Below are positions 9,771 through 19,047 of a DNA stretch of 64,000 bases, piece by piece. Origin of the DNA: Nitrosopumilus sp. (GTDB lineage Archaea; Thermoproteota; Nitrososphaeria; Nitrososphaerales; Nitrosopumilaceae); contig JAOTXZ010000005.1 of the NCBI GenBank assembly GCA_029862085.1, forward strand, positions 3,751-67,750, given 5' to 3'. The notes under the pieces were generated by a model. The model made no database searches. It worked only from the letters and a program-made list of their open reading frames with translations, and was not told where the DNA came from. Positions within the stretch are counted from its first letter, which is position 1. Each line of letters opens with the position of its first letter. A program made the position numbers and the translations under genes.

Positions 9771-10568
9771 CTAGTGCACCAAAGTTTCTTTGATTGTTTC
9801 AAAGGATCCAAGAACAGTATGTACTTCTGATATTGTATTTTTCACCTTGAAATTTTTCAGTTCGTCTGCAGTAAAGGGTCCAATTGCAACGATTGAAGAT
9901 TTTTGTAATTTCTCTATTAATGAGTTTCCAGAATAATCTTTAGACATTATCTCAAAAAATGCTCTAACTGATGATGCACTTGTAAAAACAATCCCATCAA
10001 TTTTATTTTGGGAAAAAATTTCTCTAAATTCATTCCATTGAGTTGTGTCTCTAAATGCACATACGTCATATAGATGAATTTCCTTTACATCAATTCCAAT
10101 TTTGTTCAAAAGTTCTTTCAAAAAAGGAGTAGAGGCGCCACTTCTGGGCACTATCACTTTTTTTCCAACTGCATGTAATTTGGTAAATAATTCCCCCACA
10201 CCTACTGAAGAAAAGGTGTTTGGAACATACGCAACTTTGATTCCTTCTTGTTCCAGTGCAGTTTTTGTTTTAGGACCTACTGCCATTACTATTGTATTGG
10301 CAACTGCAAGCTGTAGTTGATCAAATTTTGAAACTTTTCTAGCAGTATCAAAAAGAAGTTTTACTGCTTTTGAGCTCATAAAAACAGAATAATCAGGATC
10401 ATAGTGCTTTACCGAATTGAGAAATTCATCGACTATTTTTTCCCCTTTACTTACCAGCTCAATTGTAGGCAATGGAAGTGGTTTTGCATTATTTTTTGTA
10501 GCCAAGTCAATAAATTCAGAAGAGTCTTCTTTTGATCTAGTAATTGCTATTATTTTTCCTTCAAGCAT
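9771..10568 (-). CDS. hemD: uroporphyrinogen-III synthase
   Basis: 265 aa. HemD-like N-terminus (IIAITRSKED...LPLPTIEL). Sits in the hem cluster and overlaps cobA. Confidence 0.75.
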   Translation of the reverse strand: MLEGKIIAITRSKEDSSEFIDLATKNNAKPLPLPTIELVSKGEKIVDEFLNSVKHYDPDYSVFMSSKAVKLLFDTARKVSKFDQLQLAVANTIVMAVGPKTKTALEQEGIKVAYVPNTFSSVGVGELFTKLHAVGKKVIVPRSGASTPFLKELLNKIGIDVKEIHLYDVCAFRDTTQWNEFREIFSQNKIDGIVFTSASSVRAFFEIMSKDYSGNSLIEKLQKSSIVAIGPFTADELKNFKVKNTISEVHTVLGSFETIKETLVH

Positions 10569-11310
10569 TTTTTCTCCATCCTATAATATCAGACAAATTT
10601 ACTACTTTGCCTATTATAATATTGGTGGGAGGTGTAATTTTTTTAGCCTTTACTAGTTTTGCGATATTTGAAACGGTTCCTTTTACCATTTTTTGCTGGG
10701 GAGTGGTACCATTTTGAATAACAGCAACGGGCATATTTTTATCCAGACCTCCAGCAATTAGTTGCTTGCAAATACTATCAATTCTAGATAAGCCCATCAT
10801 AATTACAATTGTGTCTACTGATTTTGCAAGGCGTTTCCATTTTACCGCCTCGATTTTCTTTTCAGGATCTTCATGTCCAGTAACGAAAACTACTGAGGAA
10901 GCATGCTGTCTATGAGTCAATGGAATTCCTGCATAAGTAGCGGAACCAATTCCCGATGTAATTCCTGGAACGATTTCATATTTTACATTGTGCTCCTTTA
11001 GAAATTCTGCTTCTTCCCCCCCACGTCCAAAAATAATAGGATCACCTCCCTTTAGTCTAACAACATTTTTTTTAGATTTGGCATGGATTACCATCAAATC
11101 ATTTGTGCTATTTTGGTGAGTCGTATCGTCTCCTACTGCTCTTCCTACATAGATTTTTTTTGCAGATTTTGGAATTAAAGAGATAATTTTTTTACTTACC
11201 AATCTATCGTAAAGGACAACATCAGCTTTTTGTAACAATTCAACTGCCCTCATTGTAATTAATTTACCATCACCCGGTCCTGCACCAACAAGATAGACTT
11301 TACCAGTCAT
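10561..11310 (-). CDS. cobA: uroporphyrinogen-III C-methyltransferase (SUMT)
   Basis: VYLVGAGPGD, VLYDRLV and GGDPIIFGRGGEE motifs. Confidence 0.9.
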   Translation of the reverse strand: MTGKVYLVGAGPGDGKLITMRAVELLQKADVVLYDRLVSKKIISLIPKSAKKIYVGRAVGDDTTHQNSTNDLMVIHAKSKKNVVRLKGGDPIIFGRGGEEAEFLKEHNVKYEIVPGITSGIGSATYAGIPLTHRQHASSVVFVTGHEDPEKKIEAVKWKRLAKSVDTIVIMMGLSRIDSICKQLIAGGLDKNMPVAVIQNGTTPQQKMVKGTVSNIAKLVKAKKITPPTNIIIGKVVNLSDIIGWRKNA

Positions 11311-12242
11311 TTTTTATTCCATTCCTCCACTTTCTCTCTCCAATTTAATGCAAGATCATTTACACCCTTTTCACGAAGTTCTGCTCCCACATTATGACCT
11401 AAAGAGATAGGATCATTTTTAGGTCCTGATTTTTTAACAATGATTGATTTTTTTCCGTCTACTGAAAACGCAGAGACAATTAGACTCATATCCAATCCAT
11501 TTGATTGAGCATAGGCACCAATTGGAAATCTGCATCCAGAATCAACATAGTCTGACAAGGACCGCTCAGCCTCAATTTCTAATCTAGATTCAGAATCTTC
11601 AATTTTTTTTAACATTGAAATGGTTTCAAAATCATCTTTCCTTGAGACAATTGCAAGCGCACCTTGTCCTGGAGATGGAGAAAACTCATCGGTGGATAGT
11701 AAAGAGTACTTTACCTCAAGCCCCAATCTTGAAATTCCTGCCTGTGCAAGAACAATTGCATCATAATCACCCTGCGAAATCTTTCTGATTCGTGTTTCAA
11801 TATTTCCCCTTATGGGTTTAACAGTAACATCAGAACGTTTCCTCATTACTTGCACTGCCCGCCGTAAAGAGCTAGTACCAACTATTGCATTTGATTTTAT
11901 TGAATCCAAAGTTGCACCATCCGAGGAAATAAAAACATCATTTACTGTTTCTCTTTTTGGAATACAAGCTAGAACCAAATTTTCATCTAATTGAGAAGGA
12001 ACATCCTTTAGACTATGAACTGCAAAATCTATTTTTTGCTCTAAAACCGCTCTGTCAATTTCTTTTTCAAATATTCCCTTTTGATCAATCGTGAATAGTG
12101 GTCGAGCATCAACATCACCTTTAGTCTGTATTGTTTTAATTTCAAATTCTAACTCTGAATTATGTTTTTTTAATTCAGATATTACCCAGTTTGTTTGTGC
12201 AAGAGATAATTGACTTCCTCTTGCTCCAACAATATACTTCAA
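11307..12242 (-). CDS. hemC: hydroxymethylbilane synthase (porphobilinogen deaminase)
   Basis: GARGSQLSLAQT N-terminus, HSLKDVP, conserved cofactor Cys region. Confidence 0.92.
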   Translation of the reverse strand: MKYIVGARGSQLSLAQTNWVISELKKHNSELEFEIKTIQTKGDVDARPLFTIDQKGIFEKEIDRAVLEQKIDFAVHSLKDVPSQLDENLVLACIPKRETVNDVFISSDGATLDSIKSNAIVGTSSLRRAVQVMRKRSDVTVKPIRGNIETRIRKISQGDYDAIVLAQAGISRLGLEVKYSLLSTDEFSPSPGQGALAIVSRKDDFETISMLKKIEDSESRLEIEAERSLSDYVDSGCRFPIGAYAQSNGLDMSLIVSAFSVDGKKSIIVKKSGPKNDPISLGHNVGAELREKGVNDLALNWREKVEEWNKK

Positions 12243-13516
12243 TTTTTCACCGACTTTAGAGCAGTTTGATAAACATCAAGAGTTCGATTGAGATCTGTTT
12301 GGGTATGTGCATCAGATAGAAAAACAACTTCAAATTGAGACGGAGCGATAAAAATTCCATTTTTTAGTAATATTTTAAACATTTTTTGAAATTTTTTTGC
12401 ATTGGCATTTTTGGAAGTCTTATAATTGATTACGGGTTTATTTGTAAAAAATATCTGAAACATTGAAGATGTAAAATTTATCTGATGAGAAATCTTGAGA
12501 TCAGTCGCAATATCATCTAATGCGTGCGTAAATCTTACATTATACCTCTCTAGCTTTGAATAGAGTTTGTTCTTGATTTTGTTTAATTCCTTGATAGAGC
12601 TAATTGCAGCAGAAACAGATATTGGATTTCCCGCAAAGGTAGATGCCTGGTATACCTTACCTGCTGGTGAAAGCAAATCCATAATTTCTTTTTTACCTCC
12701 TACGGCAGCAATTGTAAATCCATTTCCCAAAGCTTTTCCAAGCGTAGTAATGTCAGGTTTAATTCCAAAGTGTTTTTGCGCTCCACCCGGTGATACTCTA
12801 AATCCAGTTACAACCTCATCAAAGATTAGTGGTATGTCATTTTGTGTGGTAATTTTTCTTAAATCTTGCAGAAAATTTTTCTTAGGTAAGATTAATCCCA
12901 TGTTTGCCAATATTGGTTCTACGATAACTCCCGCAACATCTATGTTTTTCCTAATAGTATTTTCCAAATCTTCAGAATTATTATATTGAACAACCAAAGT
13001 ATTTTTTGAGACCTCGTCCAATCCACCATCTGAAACTGAAATTCCATTATGAGCAGATCCCGAACCAGCTTTAACTAAAACAGAATCGTGTGCACCATGA
13101 TAACATCCTTCGAATTTTATTATTTTTTTCTTTTTCGTAAAACCACGTGCTAATCTTATTGCAGTCATTGTAGCCTCACCACCGGTGTTAACAAGTCTAA
13201 CTTTTTTTATCGAAGGAAAGTTTGCACGAATTAAATTAGATAATTCAATTTCCGCAGAGGTGGGGGTACAGTATAATGTTCCTTTTTTTAATTGATTAGT
13301 TACAGCTTTGAGAATTTCTTTTCTTCGATGTCCTAAGAGTAATGCACCATAACCATTACAATAGTCAATGTAGCGATTTCCATCCTCATCCCAAATGTAG
13401 GCTCCATTAGATTTTTTGGTAAAGAATGGGTAAGGCTCAAAATATCTGACTGGACTGTTGACCCCCGATGGAATTACTTTTTTTGCATTATTGAATAATT
13501 TCCTAGAATTAGGCAC
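12239..13516 (-). CDS. hemL: glutamate-1-semialdehyde 2,1-aminomutase
   Basis: VIPSGVNSPVR, DEVVTGFR and PLP-lysine context TTLGKALGNG. Confidence 0.93.
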   Translation of the reverse strand: MPNSRKLFNNAKKVIPSGVNSPVRYFEPYPFFTKKSNGAYIWDEDGNRYIDYCNGYGALLLGHRRKEILKAVTNQLKKGTLYCTPTSAEIELSNLIRANFPSIKKVRLVNTGGEATMTAIRLARGFTKKKKIIKFEGCYHGAHDSVLVKAGSGSAHNGISVSDGGLDEVSKNTLVVQYNNSEDLENTIRKNIDVAGVIVEPILANMGLILPKKNFLQDLRKITTQNDIPLIFDEVVTGFRVSPGGAQKHFGIKPDITTLGKALGNGFTIAAVGGKKEIMDLLSPAGKVYQASTFAGNPISVSAAISSIKELNKIKNKLYSKLERYNVRFTHALDDIATDLKISHQINFTSSMFQIFFTNKPVINYKTSKNANAKKFQKMFKILLKNGIFIAPSQFEVVFLSDAHTQTDLNRTLDVYQTALKSVKN

Positions 13517-13553
13517 AATTTATGATGCATTTAGGTCATTATTATTCGTAATA

Positions 13554-14234
13554 TTATGGATTTTCTTGTTTTCTCTGGGCTTGAAACTTGCCTTTAAACA
13601 AAAAAGCCACAACCATAGTTCCAACATATGGAGCCGTCCAATAAAGCCACAAATCACTCGTCACACCAGATAACAATGCAGGCGCTAATGCTCTGGCAGG
13701 ATTCATTGAGGCACCTGAAATAAAAGCTAAAAAGAAAATATCCAATCCAACTATTCCGCCAATGGCAATTCCACTAAATCCTTTTAGTCCTTTAGTGTAA
13801 ACAACCGTAAAGATTACCGCCATTAATAATCCCGATGCCAGAACCTCAACGGGAAATATCAAAAAAAATGAATAATCAAAGTTTGGAGCATTTGCTCCAA
13901 GATTTGCTTCCGTCCCAATAAAATTCATCACAAACAAAGAACCAAGTATCGCACCAATAATTTCAGCTGCAAAATACCATACTATTTGGATTTTAGTTAT
14001 ATGTCCTGTAATATAATATCCAATCGTAACAGCTGGATTAAAATGTGCAAGAGATATTTTTCCAAAAGAATACACACCAATTATTAGTGCTATAAAGGGT
14101 GCAACTGCAGCAAACCAAATCCCATACGGTCCCCCAATTTGCACATTATAGACAATAGAACCAGTAGCAAAGGTTACAAGAATAAAGGTTCCAATTAATT
14201 CCACTATAAAAATTTGTAAATTTGAATATGTCAT
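13554..14234 (-). CDS. MIP-family channel (aquaporin/aquaglyceroporin) in ars context
   Basis: Two NPA boxes (HFNPAVT, MNPARA) and six hydrophobic segments. 4-nt overlap with arsC. Confidence 0.88.
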   Translation of the reverse strand: MTYSNLQIFIVELIGTFILVTFATGSIVYNVQIGGPYGIWFAAVAPFIALIIGVYSFGKISLAHFNPAVTIGYYITGHITKIQIVWYFAAEIIGAILGSLFVMNFIGTEANLGANAPNFDYSFFLIFPVEVLASGLLMAVIFTVVYTKGLKGFSGIAIGGIVGLDIFFLAFISGASMNPARALAPALLSGVTSDLWLYWTAPYVGTMVVAFLFKGKFQAQRKQENP

Positions 14235-14641
14235 AAATCATCTTCAAGTTTTTTAATCAACATCAACACTTCGAATTTTATTTGTTCACGAATTTTTTTT
14301 ACTTCGTCAAGTTTCTTTCCTTTAGGATCTATAATGTTCCAATCAATTACATCTTTTACAAATAATGATGGACATGATTCTTTATCTATACATCCCATGT
14401 TTACAGTTTTGATAGAACTCTCAATCATTTCATTAGAAAGTAGTTTTGGTTTTTGGTGTGTAATGTCAATTCCTATTTCATTCATTGCCTCAACTACTTC
14501 TGGAAGAAGTTTTGATTTTGGCTGGGTTCCTGCACTGATTACATCAAAATTTTTGGCATACTTTCGAAAAAATCCTTCGGCCATCTGGCTTCTTCCAGCA
14601 TTTTCTACGCATACAAATAGGATTTTTGAAGATTCTTTCAT
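14231..14641 (-). CDS. arsC: arsenate reductase, low-molecular-weight phosphatase type
   Basis: CX5R P-loop CVENAGRSQMAEG and downstream Cys residues. Divergent from arsR. Confidence 0.85.
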   Translation of the reverse strand: MKESSKILFVCVENAGRSQMAEGFFRKYAKNFDVISAGTQPKSKLLPEVVEAMNEIGIDITHQKPKLLSNEMIESSIKTVNMGCIDKESCPSLFVKDVIDWNIIDPKGKKLDEVKKIREQIKFEVLMLIKKLEDDL

Positions 14642-14681
14642 GAAATAACATAAATATTAGTTTATATAAATTTAAATTGAT

Positions 14682-14981
14682 ATGAATGGAGTTAATCTTC
14701 TCAAATGCATTTGCGATGATACAAGATTTGAAATATTAGATTTGCTTCAAAAAAATAAAGAACTGTGTGTAAACGACTTTGTGGATAAAATAAAAAAAGA
14801 TCAGCCGTTAATATCACATCATCTTAAAACTTTGAAAAAATGTGGAATTGTAAAATCAAGAGATGAAGGTAAAAAAGCAATGTATAGCATTTCAAACACT
14901 CAGCTTTCTGAATTAATTTCAAATATTACCAAGGCAAGTAAAAAGTTTCCAGTTTTGTGTAATGATGATACCTGTTGTTAG
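14682..14981 (+). CDS. arsR: ArsR/SmtB-family metalloregulator
   Basis: Winged HTH with an ELCVND metal-site-like motif. Cys-rich tail CNDDTCC. Confidence 0.85.
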   Translation: MNGVNLLKCICDDTRFEILDLLQKNKELCVNDFVDKIKKDQPLISHHLKTLKKCGIVKSRDEGKKAMYSISNTQLSELISNITKASKKFPVLCNDDTCC

Positions 14982-15283
14982 ACAAATTTTTCTGTACGAA
15001 GAACACCAACATCACTTACATACACTATTATTGCAAAATTCGTAAATAAAGTTCTAGCAAGTTCTTCTACTACATCTTGTAGTGTGTTTTCTTGCATTAT
15101 TACTTCGACTTTGACATTTTTTTCATTTTTTAATCCCTGTCCACGTAAGCCACGAGCTCCATTTCCCTCTACTTCATAAGTGGTATAGCCAGTAATTTTG
15201 TGCTTTGCCAAAATATCAATTACATTTTTTTGGGCAAGAATCTCACAAGTGACTGTCAATAGTTTAACGTTGTAAAGTTTCAT
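14978..15283 (-). CDS. sbtB: PII-like signalling protein (SbtB-like)
   Basis: 101 aa. PII fold pattern with T-loop-like GNGARGLRGQG. Overlaps the upstream SbtA-like permease ORF by 4 nt. Confidence 0.7.
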   Translation of the reverse strand: MKLYNVKLLTVTCEILAQKNVIDILAKHKITGYTTYEVEGNGARGLRGQGLKNEKNVKVEVIMQENTLQDVVEELARTLFTNFAIIVYVSDVGVLRTEKFV

Positions 15284-16365
15284 ATCAATCCTTTTGAAAT
15301 GTAATTGAATAAGTCTATCGATCCCTCATTGTGAACAATTGATGATACCATAAACATTATTGGGAGCAGGATGATAATGTTGTAGGGAAAGGTAATTCCC
15401 AATGCTGATGTGATGTAAAGACTGGGTTTAGCTTGTGGGATTGCATGACGTAAAACCGCTGGTGCTGCGATAAAGGATGCACTGGCCAAAAGCAATCCAA
15501 ACATTACTGCACCTCCTAGACTTAATCCTAATGCAGTAGCAACTAAAACACCCAATATACCGTTAAAGGTTGGCAGTAAAATGGAAAATGCAATCAAAAA
15601 CACGCCTACTTTTTTGATATCCTCTAGTCGCTGACCTGCAATAATTCCCATCTCGATTAGAAAAATTACAATTGCACCTGTAAACAATTCATCAAAAACA
15701 ATGCTAATTGAGCTAAATCCTTCCTCCCCAATCAGATATCCAATGATAATACTTCCAAGCAAAATTACAATGGCTTTTCCAGTTATTGATTCATGAAGAA
15801 CTTGTTTTAGATTTGTTTTAGTTTCAGATATCCCCATTTCTATTTCGGATTCTGTTTGAAATTCTCCGAGGGATTTCTTTTTTGTTTTGATTTGTTTTGA
15901 TACGGCCATATTTGTCAAAAATATCGCCAAGATGAAAGCAACTGGTTCTAAAACTGCAAGGATTGCTGCAAGGTATCCTTCAGATGAAACTCCTTGATTT
16001 TTGAGAAAGGAAAGCCCAACTGAAAACGTAACTGCCCCAACAGCACCATAAGTCGAGGCAAGAGCATAAGAGTCAAAAAGATTGAATTTGCCTAGACGAC
16101 GCAATATTTGGTAATGATTTAAGGTAAAGAGCAATGACATTCCAATGGCAACTAACATTGGGACAAGCATCGTCTCAAACCCTGTATTTCTCATCTCAAT
16201 TCCTCCATGAAGTCCAATTGCTGCAAGCAAGTATATGGGCAAAAACTCTGAAATCGCATCAGGGATTTTCAAGTCAGACTTTATTCTTGCAGCAATAATT
16301 CCAAAAATAAAAAACAACACAATTGGAGTTAATAAATTAGATTGAATAAGATCGAGAATTTCCAT
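15280..16365 (-). CDS. sbtA: SbtA-family (DUF897) sodium-dependent bicarbonate transporter-like permease
   Basis: N-terminal LLTPIVLFFIFGIIAARIKSDLKIPDAISEFLPIYLLAAIGLHGG, typical of the family. Two hydrophobic halves separated by a polar loop. Confidence 0.75.
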   Translation of the reverse strand: MEILDLIQSNLLTPIVLFFIFGIIAARIKSDLKIPDAISEFLPIYLLAAIGLHGGIEMRNTGFETMLVPMLVAIGMSLLFTLNHYQILRRLGKFNLFDSYALASTYGAVGAVTFSVGLSFLKNQGVSSEGYLAAILAVLEPVAFILAIFLTNMAVSKQIKTKKKSLGEFQTESEIEMGISETKTNLKQVLHESITGKAIVILLGSIIIGYLIGEEGFSSISIVFDELFTGAIVIFLIEMGIIAGQRLEDIKKVGVFLIAFSILLPTFNGILGVLVATALGLSLGGAVMFGLLLASASFIAAPAVLRHAIPQAKPSLYITSALGITFPYNIIILLPIMFMVSSIVHNEGSIDLFNYISKGLI

Positions 16366-16416
16366 TTGAATGATTCAAAAATTTTTGGGTAGAATAAAAA
16401 TCAAAGCCTCAATACA

Positions 16417-17403
16417 TCATACAAAAAGATGAATCAAGTAGGTACCAGCAATTCCCAATACCGCGCTTCCAGGGATGGTGATTATCCAAGCAAAGATGAT
16501 TTGCCTTCCTACACCCCATCTTACTGCACGTTTTCTTCGTGCAGCTCCTGACCCCATGATAGTTCCAGTAATTGCATGTGTAGTACTAGCAGGAATTCCA
16601 AATACTGCAAAGATGGCCAACATTAATCCACCACCAGTTTCAGCTGCAAATCCCTGATATGGTCTGAGTCTTGTGACTTTAACCCCAAGTGTCTTTATTA
16701 CTTTGTATCCACCAAAGAATGTACCCAGGCCCATAGCGGTGGCCGCTGCAAAAATCACCCAAAGAGGCATTTCAAATTCAGGAGTCAATCCTGCCGAAAA
16801 CAAAATTAAAGCAATAATACCCATTGTTTTTTGTCCGTCGTTAGCCCCATGAGTTAGAGCAAACCAAGCTGAAGAAATTATTTGTAACCTGCCAAATGAT
16901 TTGTTTACTATTGCTGGTTTTCTAGTTGCAAATACTGTAATGATAAGTCCCGTTAACAGTAATCCAAAAATAAATCCCCCTACTGGAGCAATTACAATTC
17001 CGGCAAATACTTTTGTCAACCCTCCATAAACAAGTTTTTCAAACCCCAAACCTGCAATCCCAGCGCCCATAATTCCTCCAATTAAAGAGTGGCTGTTAGA
17101 AATAGGCAATCCAAAATATGTACACAAAGAGCTCCAACCTATGGCACCTGCCAAACCTCCAACAATCATATAAACAGTAATATCTTCAAAACTGACTATT
17201 CCTTTGGCAATGGTAGTTGCAACTGCCACTCCAAAAACAAAAGGTCCGATAAAATTTGCAATAGCAGATAATGATACAGCTTGTAGAGGTTTTAATACAC
17301 GTGTGCCAATCACTGTTGCAACAGAATTTGCAGAATCATTAAATCCATTTACAAAATCAAAGATTAGCGCTACAATTATTGCTCCAATCGCGATTTCTAA
17401 CAT
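16417..17403 (-). CDS. inorganic phosphate transporter, PiT family
   Basis: Duplicated signature GFNDSANSVAT / GANDGQKTMG. Confidence 0.92.
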   Translation of the reverse strand: MLEIAIGAIIVALIFDFVNGFNDSANSVATVIGTRVLKPLQAVSLSAIANFIGPFVFGVAVATTIAKGIVSFEDITVYMIVGGLAGAIGWSSLCTYFGLPISNSHSLIGGIMGAGIAGLGFEKLVYGGLTKVFAGIVIAPVGGFIFGLLLTGLIITVFATRKPAIVNKSFGRLQIISSAWFALTHGANDGQKTMGIIALILFSAGLTPEFEMPLWVIFAAATAMGLGTFFGGYKVIKTLGVKVTRLRPYQGFAAETGGGLMLAIFAVFGIPASTTHAITGTIMGSGAARRKRAVRWGVGRQIIFAWIITIPGSAVLGIAGTYLIHLFV

Positions 17404-17412
17404 AAATTCAAC

Positions 17413-18042
17413 CTACGTATATTTCAAAACTATGTCTTCAATGACATCTGCAACATCTACACATCTGTCTGATGCAGTTTCGATTGTTTCATAGATATCT
17501 TTGAGTTTGATTATGTGAATGGCATCTGTTGAAGTAAAAAGTTCCCTTATTGCATCTCGATACAAGTCATCGACCTTGTGTTCAATATCACTTGTGTTTC
17601 TACAATGTTCTATCATATCTTTAGGATTTTTGATCTTTTGTAATTTTGAAATCATATATTCTACTTCTTTTGTAGCTTGTACTAGATCCTTTACCATTTC
17701 TAAGGAATAAGGAGGAGGTTCAGAAATTTGATAGCTTGATAGCCTAGCTGCAATTCCATCTGTGAAATCAATCACATCATCTATTTTGGAGGCTATTCTT
17801 TGCATATCTTCACGATCAAGAGGAGTGATGAAGGTCTTGTTTAATTCAGAAAAAATATCACGTGTTAATTCATCAGCTTCCTTCTCAAGGGAGCGAATTT
17901 TTTCTAAAGAATCTTCATTTTTAAGATCGGTTAGGAAAACAACCAACTCTTCAGATGTTTCAACTGCTTTTTTTGCAAGATTTTCAAGGATTGTTAAAAG
18001 TTGTTTTTCATTGGATTTTACCCAAGAGAACCACTGTCCCAT
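17413..18042 (-). CDS. PhoU-like phosphate-transport regulator (DUF47 family)
   Basis: 209-aa helical protein directly upstream of PiT, a pairing typical of this family. Confidence 0.75.
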   Translation of the reverse strand: MGQWFSWVKSNEKQLLTILENLAKKAVETSEELVVFLTDLKNEDSLEKIRSLEKEADELTRDIFSELNKTFITPLDREDMQRIASKIDDVIDFTDGIAARLSSYQISEPPPYSLEMVKDLVQATKEVEYMISKLQKIKNPKDMIEHCRNTSDIEHKVDDLYRDAIRELFTSTDAIHIIKLKDIYETIETASDRCVDVADVIEDIVLKYT

Positions 18043-18261
18043 AACTGGGTCAAAGTGGAATAACAGTTAACCATGGCGCACATACAATCTATGTATCTAT
18101 ATAGGAACATTAGAAAATTAGGTGCAACAAATTTTAAGAAATTTAAAAAAAATAATTTTATTATGCGATCAATAATTTTTAAAAAAATAAAATCTAAAAA
18201 AGAAATGAAATTTTAAATTTTTCATACTACAAATGGAATTTGATCTATTTAGGTAATGTAT

Positions 18262-19047
18262 TCAAAATGGTTTGTTTACTTCCCGAGTAAAGACATAGCT
18301 TGCCAGTCCAACCATAATCAAAACAAATACCAAGATCACCCCAATACTCAAAATTGTAGATATTCCTCCTTCAGATACTCCCGTCATCATTTCTCGTACA
18401 AGTAAAACGGTATAGGTTACAGGGTTGAGTTTGGCAATAGATGCAAGCCAATCAGGAAGCAATTCTAATGGAAATAGGGCTGGACTTAGCATAAACAAAG
18501 GCATTCCAAGAAAATTAATCACCCCCCAAAATGTCTCCTGAGATTTTGCCGTAGCAGCGACCACCACCGAAATTCCCGAAAATCCCAATGAAAACAAAAT
18601 TACAATTGCCATTATCGGTGCGATCATTATTGGATTTGGAAATGATACACCTATAGCTAACGCAATTCCTAAAATTAAGCTAGCTTGTAATGCAGCGATC
18701 AAAGATATGGCCGACATTTTTCCAAGTGCAATTGAGGAGCGAGAGATGGGGGATGTCAATGCTTTATTCATAAAACCATATCGTCTATCCCAAAGTGTGT
18801 TTACTCCTCCAAAAATACTCGTAAAGATTGCAGTAAGAATTATGACTCCAGGTGCCATAAATTCTATGTATTGTCCTTCAAAACCAACAGACTGTATTAA
18901 CGGTTGAGTTCCCGAAAACGTGTTTCCTATAACAATAATCCAAATAGCTGGTTGGATTAATCTTATCAAAACTCCACTGCGTGATTTTTTGTATCGTTTT
19001 AGCTCTCGCCAAAAAATAGTATACGTATCATAAATTAGTGAATTCAT
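18262..19047 (-). CDS. ABC-2 type transporter permease
   Basis: Six hydrophobic segments. 4-nt overlap with the ATPase gene. Confidence 0.85.
   Translation of the reverse strand: MNSLIYDTYTIFWRELKRYKKSRSGVLIRLIQPAIWIIVIGNTFSGTQPLIQSVGFEGQYIEFMAPGVIILTAIFTSIFGGVNTLWDRRYGFMNKALTSPISRSSIALGKMSAISLIAALQASLILGIALAIGVSFPNPIMIAPIMAIVILFSLGFSGISVVVAATAKSQETFWGVINFLGMPLFMLSPALFPLELLPDWLASIAKLNPVTYTVLLVREMMTGVSEGGISTILSIGVILVFVLIMVGLASYVFTREVNKPF

Noticed and set aside
12567-12989. 140-aa ORF antisense to hemL, and similar antisense ORFs at 21915..22253, 29368..29730, 39089..39586, 57121..57504, 60648..60902 and others
   Set aside because: All lie inside well-supported genes on the opposite strand and translate to low-complexity sequence. 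They are treated as shadow ORFs.
14642-14681. AT palindromes in the arsR/arsC divergent region as a defined operator
   Set aside because: The region is almost pure A/T, so short palindromes such as AATTTAAATT are expected by chance. It is mentioned only as a hypothesis under the ars finding.
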